Below, piece after piece: positions 9,811-17,725 of a stretch of 17,725 nucleotides of DNA. Position 1 is the stretch's first letter. Each line of letters begins with the position of its first letter. Origin of the DNA: Octopus sinensis (taxonomy: Eukaryota); contig NW_021824752.1 of assembly GCF_006345805.1 (NCBI RefSeq), positions 1 through 17,725 on the forward strand. The letters run 5' to 3'. The notes under the pieces were generated by a model. That model made no database searches, was not told where the DNA came from, and saw only the letters and a program-made list of their open reading frames with translations. The position numbers and the translations under genes are program-made.

Positions 9811-10051
9811 TTATGTTTATATTTATATGCGTGTGTGTGTCTGTGTGTCTGTGTTTGTCCCCCTAGCATTGCTTGACAACCGATGCTAGTGTGTTTATGT
9901 CCCCGTTACTTAGCGGTTCGACAAAAGATACCGATAGAATAAGTACTGGGCTTACAAAAGAATAAGTCCCGGGTCGAGTTGCTCGATTAAATGTGGTGCT
10001 CCAGCATAGCCGCAGTCAAATGACCGAAACAAGTAAAAGAGTAAAAGAGTA
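9811..10051 (+). mobile_element. family B SINE 3' module (microsatellite plus tail, head absent)
   Basis: TGTTTGTCCCCCTAGCATTGCTTGACAACCGATGC...GGTGCTCCAGCAT...AAACAAGTAAAAGAGTAAAAGAG matches the reverse complement of 2340-2545. Confidence 0.88.
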
Positions 10052-10424
10052 TGTAATGTAATGAAAATTTGGAAAATATTTATAAAACAATGATACAAAT
10101 ACAACTTTAACAGGAAGTTTTACTTAGACTAGCAGAGAAATTTTCTTGGCGGTTAAAGTGTATTTTATGCTGCGACAGAAATACAACTCACGCAGAGCAG
10201 AGCCTGGAATTTGAAACATAAACTCGATTTTTGATAAAGAAAGTTCTTAGGAAAGGTAAGTGGCTTAGACTGAAAATATACCATACTTCCCTCTGGAATT
10301 TGTTTTAATATGATACAAAGTAGGAGTCTAATTTATTCAAATGTTTTAAAATGTATTTGGTTTCCATCATCTGAGGATATTTTAATATCATGGCGACAAT
10401 TTGATTTTCACTTCTGCGCCTCAT

Positions 10425-10493
10425 TATATAATTTATGTATGTATGTATGCATGTATGTATGTATATATATATATGTATGTATGGATGTATGTA

Positions 10494-10540
<47 letters not shown>

Positions 10541-10600
10541 TGAAAGAGAGAAATAAACAGGTAGAGCGATAGATAAACATGTGTGTGTATATATATACAT

Positions 10601-10631
<31 letters not shown>

Positions 10632-10690
10632 AATCAATCGATCTTCCAATCTATCTATCTATATGTCTATCTATGAATCTATCTATTTAC

Positions 10691-10757
<67 letters not shown>

Positions 10758-10780
10758 CCCACTTATCTATCTCTCTATCC
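10425..10780. repeat. compound (TATG)n/(TA)n/(TATC)n microsatellite
   Basis: Directly visible. Confidence 0.95.
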
Positions 10781-10815
10781 GTCATCTAGACGGCGTGTTG
10801 AAACTAAAGCAATTA

Positions 10816-10989
10816 CAGCGTGGAAGACACATATTTGCCATTGAAAAGCGCACAAAAACTGTTAAATTCACTTAAACATTAATTATTTGATGTTAGTGCG
10901 ACGGAAATTTTGACACCAAAGAATAAATGTTTAACTGAAGTAAACAGCTCTGTGTGTTTTCGAATGGCGAATATATGCGTTCCACACTG
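10816..10989. mobile_element. Tc1/mariner-type MITE, 174 bp
   Basis: Imperfect TIRs (26/33 over ACAGCGTGGAAGACACATATTTGCCATTGAAAA versus the reverse complement of the right end). TA|CAG on the left and CTG|TT on the right. Confidence 0.62.
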
Positions 10990-11034
10990 TTATGACGTAC
11001 ATATGTGTGTGTGTGTGTGTGCGTGCGTCGACAC

Positions 11035-11070
<36 letters not shown>

Positions 11071-11091
11071 ATATATATATATATATGAAAG

Positions 11092-11122
<31 letters not shown>

Positions 11123-11222
11123 GTATAAAAAAATAATTATGAGCCTTTATTGATGCAAGTACATCTAAGTGTAGGTAAACTGTAGGCTTTTCTATCTACA
11201 AGCAGAATATGAAGCATTAATA

Positions 11223-12007
11223 AATTAAGAAACTAATCAAATTCGTCTCTCTTTTTCTTTTTTGTTTGTTTTGATAACGGAGACAAAAATCAGTGGTTTG
11301 GCACAGTGTCTACTTTCTACAATGAGAGCAATATGTGTACTATTAAAATCATTTGAGCTTGCATTTACCTTACGTTTGTACCTCATCCATATAGGCGTAA
11401 TTGTTCTATTTGCGTACACACACACACACACACATACACACACCTATGATTGGTTCTCTCGTCGATAGATGACGTATGGGGGTTCGACAATTCCTTACCG
11501 AATAAGCACACAGATGATTTGTTTATCAAACGTTTGTGTAGAGATAAGTTCAGTCCCTTCATCGAATTGACATTACCTGTACAGGTGCAACTGGGTGCCA
11601 CATGTCAGATAACGAAATGATTGCAGAGCAACGTGAAATGAAGTGCTTTGTTCAAGAACACAAGGCCACGCCCGGTCTTGGAAGCGAACCCACGATCTCG
11701 CAATCATGAGTGCACAACACCTTACCTATTTCTTTATTACCCACAAGGGGCTAAACATAGAGAGGACAAACAAGGGCAGACATAGGTATTAAGTCGATTA
11801 TATCGACCCCAGTTCGTAACTGGTACTTAATTTATCGACCCCGAAAGGATGAAAGGCAAAGTCGACCTCGGCGGAATTTCAACTCACAACGTAACGGCAG
11901 ACGAAATACGGCTACGCATTTCGCCCGGCGTGCTAACGTTTCTGCCAGCTCGCCGCCTTACCACTAAACCTTACCACTAAACCACAAACTTTCACAAAAC
12001 ATTAATA
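11223..12007 (-). mobile_element. family E tRNA-derived SINE (CORE/V-like central motif) bounded by a 17-bp direct repeat and interrupted by a family D SINE
   Basis: Exact AATATGAAGCATTAATA at 11206-11222 and 12008-12024. Joining across the D insert on the minus strand restores TGGTTTAGTGGTAAGG-TGTTGTGCACTCATGATTGCGAGATCGTGGGTTCGCTTCC (A- and B-box), followed by GTGTTCTTGAACAAAGCACTT. Confidence 0.75.
11727..11955 (-). mobile_element. family D SINE, full length, nested in the family E head
   Basis: Reverse complement of 5083-5315. Flanked by CCTTACC at 11720-11726 and 11956-11962. Confidence 0.92.
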
Positions 12008-12022
12008 AATATGAAGCATTAA

Positions 12023-12024
<2 letters not shown>

Positions 12025-12078
<54 letters not shown>
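12025..12078. repeat. (TA)n microsatellite
   Basis: Directly visible. Confidence 0.95.
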
Positions 12079-12081
<3 letters not shown>

Positions 12082-12615
12082 ATCAGTGACACACCATCCT
12101 TAGGTTAATTAAAGCTTGAATGTTTTTGGGGTTTTTTTCATGTAGAGTATAATTAAACTCTTAACCCCATCCATAAATAAAAATACTTGGAAAATGTTTG
12201 TTTCTCTCCTTGAGCAGAATATCTGGGACTAATCTGATTAGATTCATCTCTGTTCTGGGACCCAACAAGCATAAATACTAAAACTGTCTCCGTACTGCGA
12301 TGTACTTCTTGTAAGCAATTTATAGCCAGCGTAAGCAAGGACTCCGTTGGATCGACCAGTCAAATTTGAATAATAGCGATTAAAACGTCACAGGAAAGAA
12401 TTGCAAGACGGATTCTGTAGGTCGAGTCAACGGTCCGGTGACTCAGCGGTCGACCAAAAACGAAATGGTTATATAATATCGGTAATCACAGATGATTCAA
12501 GCTTGTGAATTCAGCCGGAAAGTGTAATGAGTGTTGCTTCTGATAGGACTCTTATGGGGAAGTATCTGAGAACTCTACTCCCTGACCGTCGCAAGAATAG
12601 TGATCGAAGAAGATA

Positions 12616-12959
12616 TGTTTCTTTATTAGCCACACAGGGCTGCACACAGACAGGACAAAATTACAAGGTAGAGCTTTTCTTTTGGGGGTAAAAGAAGGGG
12701 GTTTGGTTTTCGATCAAAAGGGATCATAAATGGAAAGAAAGAGGACAAAAAAGGGGGGGATAAAAGCAAAAAAAAAGCGGGGAAGGGAAAGGAAAAAAAA
12801 TTGGATCAATAGGGATCGTTATCACAGAAATGTCAATATGAAGTGTAAAGGGGAGGACAGGTGAGGTTTACCCGTGGAAAGAAAAGCCTACGGAAAAGAC
12901 CACGGTAACCTCGGTCAGTGAAGTCACATGTTATATTTCTTTTTTTTTTTTTTGCAAAT
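12616..12959 (-). mobile_element. 5'-truncated non-LTR retroelement 3' end (LINE 3' UTR-like) with 13-bp TSD
   Basis: Exact ATCGAAGAAGATA at 12603-12615 and 12960-12972. The minus-strand end GCAGCCCTGTGTGGCTAATAAAGAAACA resembles the family D end TTAGCCCCTTGTGGGCAATAAAGAAATA. No tRNA head. Confidence 0.78.
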
Positions 12960-13448
12960 ATCGAAGAAGATAGATTGGTTGATGATGGACCGATGTTGAT
13001 GGATAATCATTTTTTTTCTTATATTTAAGATATAAATCCAGTTTTATGTTTCACAGCGAGGCTAATATTCATTGAAAAATTTGTGACAGGCAAAAATTCC
13101 TTTAATAATCTGTATTTCATGTTTGAAACAACAATGCAGTTTTCGAAAATATTAAACATTAGCCAAAATGTTCATATGATTGGCATTGTATTCTGCTAGG
13201 GCTTCAGGCGGGTGGAAGAAAATTATCGAAAATTTCAGTATCTGTCAGCAGTGTTTTCAAAGATAATCTCTACTTGCAATATCAAAGCAGTCGCGAGTTT
13301 TCATTGTAGGTAAGCTACCATACTAAAACGAGATTAAACTAGATAATATATAGAAAAAGCAGTGAATACAAATTTACTATTTAATATTTGGATTTTGTGG
13401 TGGTGGTTTCATCCGTTGGAGACTGGAATGTCGCCATTTTATAATTTA

Positions 13449-13924
13449 CAGTATGAGACACTAAGGTGTAGCAGTTTCGGCGCTGACGATTTGACTTGGC
13501 TGACAGGATGTTCAGCATGTTTTGGTGACCGTAGTTTTTGTCACTGGACGGAAGCAGATGCACACACGCACGCGAGCATAGATATACACATAAAGATAGA
13601 TACAGGGATGGAGAGTGAGAAATTGATAATTATTAACAAAGCACCATTGACATAACCACATTCCCTCATACACAAAGAGAAATATGTTTAGACGCGTAAC
13701 CAGTGAGGGAGAGAAAACTCTGTGTGTATGTGTGTGAGAGAGAGAGAAAGAGAGAAAGAGACAGAGAGAATGGGAGAGAGAGAGAGAGCGAAAGAAAGAG
13801 AGATAGATAAGAAAGGGAAAAGACGAGAAAAGCATTAGAGCATATGATGTCAAGTAAGTCAGCGTCGCATCAACGACGCCAAATAAGCAGCACCAAAACG
13901 GCTACGCCAAAACATCCCATACCA
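13449..13924. mobile_element. old TIR DNA element (~476 bp) with 9-bp TSD and internal (TG)n/(GA)n
   Basis: 13450-13486 versus the reverse complement of the right end match 25/37, mostly transitions. TATAATTTA at 13440-13448 and 13925-13933. Confidence 0.5.
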
Positions 13925-14087
13925 TATAATTTAAGGTCACGGTCAGCTGAATTTACCACAAATGGTTTCGCTATCCACCATGGAATGCTCATCTGTAGTA
14001 AGATACTAGAGTGCAATTATCTCACCTACATTGTACAAGAGATAAACTTCTATTAGAAGCTTCTCTCTAGTAAATTGCTAATGATAT

Positions 14088-14598
14088 AGGCGTAGGAATG
14101 GCTGTGTGGTAAGTAGCTTGTTTACCAACCACATGATTATGGGTTCAGTCCCACTGCGTGGCACTTGGGCAAGTGTCTTCTATTATAGCCTCGGGCCAAC
14201 CAAAGCTTTGTGAGTGGATTTGGTAGACGGAAACTGAAAGAAGCCCGTCGTATATATGTATATATATGTATGTGTGTGTATATGTTTGTGTGTCTGTGTT
14301 TGCCCCCCCCCCCCAACATCCTGCCCCCAACTCTGGAGATCCTGTGTTATTTCTGAAAAACCTGAGTTTTCCACTAGATACAATGGCAGCATCAGCGCTA
14401 AATTTGAGTTTTATCCTTGTCACTGTTCGACAGATTAAAGATTTTCAAATATAAGAGACAGCTACAATAAGTGCTTGCCTTATTTCGTGGAATAAGTCCT
14501 GGGCTCGATTTCTTCGACTGAAACCTCTAAAAGCGGTGCTCCAGCATGGCCGCAGTCAGACGGCCGAAACAAGTGAAAGAATAAAAGACTAAAAGAAT
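14088..14598 (+). mobile_element. family B SINE, full length, with an internal extra segment
   Basis: Canonical head 14088-14250, microsatellite, then ~110 bp absent from the other copies, then a 3' module ending GAAACAAGTGAAAGAATAAAAGA. Confidence 0.85.
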
Positions 14599-14616
14599 GT
14601 CTAAAAGACGAAGAGC

Positions 14617-15340
14617 GTCAACGCTAAGCAGTGATGAGGAATAAAGGAACTTCAGGTAAGCTTCTGATGGCAAATTCGCTGCTGTTGATATGGTGACAAA
14701 TTTCTCGCTTCTGGGGAAAGGTGTAAAACGCCATATCTCTTCAGTATCAAGTCCACTGAGCGGATTTTCATACGCATTTTCGGCTCTTTAGCATTTCTCG
14801 GTGACAGAGATACCGATGAGAGATAACGCGAGCAGATTCTAAAACTTTTGCTTTAACTTAGAACAATCAATATGAGTGACAGAATTGCGCTCGCGGACCG
14901 TCCGATCGGAATAATAAAGTAACAACAGTGCTAAGCAACCGATGGGGAATAAACAAACTTTAAGGTTAGATAAAGTATTTCTGCTATATATTTCAACTTC
15001 TAAAGGCAAATTCGGTGAAGTTACTGTGACGAAAATATTCACGCTTATGGTGAAAGGTGTAAAACACGATATCTGCTCAGCATCTACCTCCTAGCAGGCT
15101 CCCTGACACGTTTACGGTTCTGTAGTCTTCCTAGGGAGAAGATGTTGCAGAGAGATAACTGGAGCAGATGTGAAAGCTGTAATTTTATCTTAGAACAATC
15201 AAAATCAATGTCAGAGCTGCGCCGCCCGCGGACGGCCTGGTCGGAATAAAGGCAATGGAATCAACACTAAGCAGCGATAAGGAATAAATGGACTTGATGT
15301 TAGTTGAAATATTGTGACATATTTCAAATTCTAAAGGACA
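14617..15340. repeat. diverged tandem repeat, period ~335 bp, just over two units
   Basis: GAAAGGTGTAAAAC at 14716 and 15052; CTTAGAACAATCAA at 14857 and 15189; TCGGAATAA at 14906 and 15241; CTAAGCA at 14624, 14931 and 15267. Confidence 0.85.
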
Positions 15341-15341
15341 G

Positions 15342-15764
15342 GGATCTATTCGGTTTGAACGGCAGTTTTTAACATAATTTCTAGGTAACTAAAAAGTTTT
15401 AAACTTCGTATACTGGTAGAATGTGATTTATAAAACATCTTTTTCTCTTGGCTTTATTGAGAAAATTCGATTGTTTGTAAGATATTTGTCGTTGTTTTTC
15501 TTCAATTTCTGCAATTTCAACCAATCACTGACGTCCATTGAGGTAAAAAAAAAAACATTCTGTGCCGTATGAATATGTCCCTCGTTTAAGAAACAGATTG
15601 GGTTTCATTTACATTTGTGAAGAAAAACAGATACCCTTCCCCCACCCCTAACCCTAACCCTAAAACAGATTGAAATGCAATAGATCGATACTAGGGTCAT
15701 AATTATGGGTGACAATTTCATATGACAACGCTAGAAAAAACTGCCGTTCAAACCGAAAAGATCC
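15342..15764. mobile_element. non-autonomous TIR transposon (MITE), 423 bp, 7-8-bp TSD, internal (CCCTAA)3
   Basis: TIR GGATCTATTCGGTTTGAACGGCAGTTTTT and its reverse complement with one mismatch. TSD AAGGACA(G/T) at 15334-15341 and 15765-15772. Superfamily not assignable by eye. Confidence 0.9.
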
Positions 15765-15879
15765 AAGGACATAATATGTCAAACCTGGCAACAACCGGCC
15801 ATTGACTAAGCTACTTAAAACGCTATAAAACTGTCTCAGAGAGTCACAGAGTAACGATGACAATCATACTGTCCTCATT

Positions 15880-16058
15880 TCTCTGTATTCTTATATTTTA
15901 CTTGGACTGCGGCCAAGCTGGGGCCTTGACGGGTTGATGTCAACAAATAAGATCTCATGACTTTGAAAAACTGATACTTATTCTATCGGATCCTGTTTGC
16001 CGAATCGCTTGGTTAAGGAGACTAAACATAAACTACCGATACTGGGTGTGAAGTATAC

Positions 16059-16092
<34 letters not shown>

Positions 16093-16290
16093 ATATATAT
16101 ATCTATATATGTATGTATGTATGTATATATATATACATACACAAACCCATATATACATATAAGTATATATATATATATACATATAGACATACACGACGGG
16201 CTTCTTTCAGTTTCCGTCTATCAAGTCCACTCATAAGATCGTTACTTGTTCGTCTCGAGGCCATAGTAGAGGACAAGATGCCACACATAC
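15880..16290 (-). mobile_element. family B SINE, diverged, head 5'-eroded, expanded internal microsatellite
   Basis: CGACGGGCTTCTTTCAGTTTCCGTCTA at 16194, (TA)/(TATG) block 16051-16193, and 3' module remnants (ATACTTATTCTATCGG, GGACTGCGGCCAAGCTGG). Confidence 0.78.
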
Positions 16291-16439
16291 ATACACACTC
16301 ACGTACATACATGCATACATATGCTTACATAAATTATATGTGCGTGTATCTATACATATATATTTATCTGTGTGTGTGTGTGTGTGTGTGTGTGTGCTTT
16401 TATCTAAAACATAAAATGTTTTAATGCACGCAAAGAGAC

Positions 16440-16745
16440 TTTCGAAAATCAATGAACTTCCAAGCACAGGAATGGTTTTTCAAATATCATAGAATGCAAA
16501 TAAATGGCTTTTCCACTCCAGACGCCATTGAGCAAGTGGTTCTGTGATTTTCTTGTTCAAAGATCTTCATGCAATTCTTCAAAGATACACCAGTGATTTG
16601 TCTTGTCGTTGTTGGCTCTTGTCTCTAAGTGGTTTTGCATGTTACACGATCGTATCGTATCATTTGAAACTGCAAACATGTATTTATAACACGGTGGCTG
16701 CCTAATGTTCTCCAGCGATACATTAAAACCAATAAGACGTCGTAG
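16440..16745 (-). mobile_element. decayed hAT (Buster/Charlie-like) transposase N-terminal fragment
   Basis: ORF 16557-16766 contains IGFNVSLENIRQPPCYKYMFAVSNDTIRSCNMQNHLETR, with the GF...PxC-x7-SN-x10-HLET spacing of Buster/ZBED5-type N-termini. KPF motifs follow downstream of a stop. Confidence 0.62.
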
Positions 16746-16781
16746 ACATTTAAATAAAAGCAACAAGTAATATATAAGAAA

Positions 16782-17555
16782 TGTGGAGGTACACAGCCAA
16801 GTGGTTAGAGCAGCGGACTCGTGGTCGAGGGACCACAGGTTCGAATCTCAGACCGGGCGATGTGTGGTTAGGGCAGCAGACTCGAGGTCGTAGGATGACG
16901 GTTTCGATTCACAGACCGGGCATTATGAGTGTTTATTGAGCGGAGTCGTAGTTGGGGGATCACAGGTTCGAATCTCAGACCGGGCGATGTGTGGTTAGGG
17001 CAGCAGACTCGAGGTCGTAGGATGGCGGTTTCGATTCACAGACCGGGAATTATGAGTGTTTTTATGAGCGACTCGTGTCGGGGGCACAGGTCGATCTCAG
17101 ACCGGGCGATGTGTGGTTAGGGCAGCAGACTCGAGGTCGTAGGAAGGCGGTTTCGATTCACAGACCGGGCATTATGAGTGTTTATTGAGCGGCCTCGTAG
17201 TCGGGGGATCACAGGTTCGAATCTCAGACCGGGCAATGTGTGGTTAGAGCAGCAGACTCGAGGTCGTAGGATGGCGGTTTCGATTCACAGACCGGGCATT
17301 ATGAGTGTTTATTGAGCGAAAACACCTAAAGTTCCACGAGGCGAACCTTGCTGTATTATTTCACCACAGCTTTCTCTCAATCTCTCTTTCTATTTATGTT
17401 GTACCTGTATTTCACACTGAATCTCCTCGAGAACTACGTTCAGGGTACACGTGTCTGTGGAGTGCTCAGCCACTTGCACGTTAATTTCACGAGCAGGCTG
17501 TTCCGTTGATCGGATCAACTGGAACCTTCGGCGTCGTAACCGACGGAGTGCCTAC
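16782..17555 (+). mobile_element. family A SINE (tail type 1) with a tandemly amplified 5' tRNA head
   Basis: The head array is followed by a body matching 250-537 with two internal deletions. Confidence 0.9.
16813..17315 (+). repeat. four ~127-bp units, each made of two different partial tRNA heads
   Basis: Unit starts (GCG) at 16813, 16940, 17068 and 17189, ending at 17315. Each unit has GGTTCGAATCTCAGACCGGGC (degenerate in unit 3) followed by GGTTTCGATTCACAGACCGGG. Confidence 0.92.
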
Positions 17556-17725
17556 CATGTATGTATGTACACATGTATGTATGCAAGTGTGTATGTATGT
17601 ATGTATGTAAGAGAAGAGAGTTCTAAAAATATATCATTGCTCGCGTTTCATTGAAAAATTTAAGACCAAACTACAAAGATATATAAGCTTGGCCTAATGA
17701 AATTGATCCATCTAGATCAGGGTTA

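Noticed and set aside
14603-14630. GACGAAGAGCG...CGCT as a second hammerhead
   Set aside because: It lacks both the CUGA and the GAAA core.
14617-15340. LRR-like reading (336 bp = 4 x 28 codons; LDVS*N, LSHLLQLSL)
   Set aside because: Stops occur in the frames examined, one at the same position in both units, and periods vary out of frame.
15646-15663. (CCCTAA)3 as evidence of a chromosome end or fusion
   Set aside because: Only three units, and they lie inside a MITE.
16813-17315. Repeat array as a CRISPR array or functional tRNA gene cluster
   Set aside because: Eukaryotic context, no unique spacers and no cas genes. The heads lack complete acceptor stems and match the local SINE.

Overview
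AT-rich eukaryotic non-coding DNA made almost entirely of interspersed repeats and microsatellites. I found no intact protein-coding gene, and the supplied ORFs mostly run through microsatellites or SINEs. The repeat content and the nad5-then-cob layout of the mitochondrial fragments point to an octopod cephalopod; this is inference, not a database result. Contents: (1) about 15 tRNA-derived SINE copies in four families that I label A, B, D and E, (2) a decayed mitochondrial insertion (NUMT) in two collinear pieces, ND5 and the 3' end of CYTB, (3) two ~398-bp non-autonomous Helitrons, (4) three TIR elements (MITE-like), (5) a 5'-truncated LINE-like 3' end with a 13-bp TSD, (6) decayed hAT transposase and possible BEL/Pao and L1/Tx1 fragments, (7) a Penelope-type degenerate hammerhead motif, (8) a 17-bp minisatellite and an old ~335-bp tandem repeat. 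The most unusual structures are SINE multimers: an alternating two-head tRNA array (16813-17315), and a head-to-tail trimer whose junctions form a GAAATA-GG-TATTTC hairpin.
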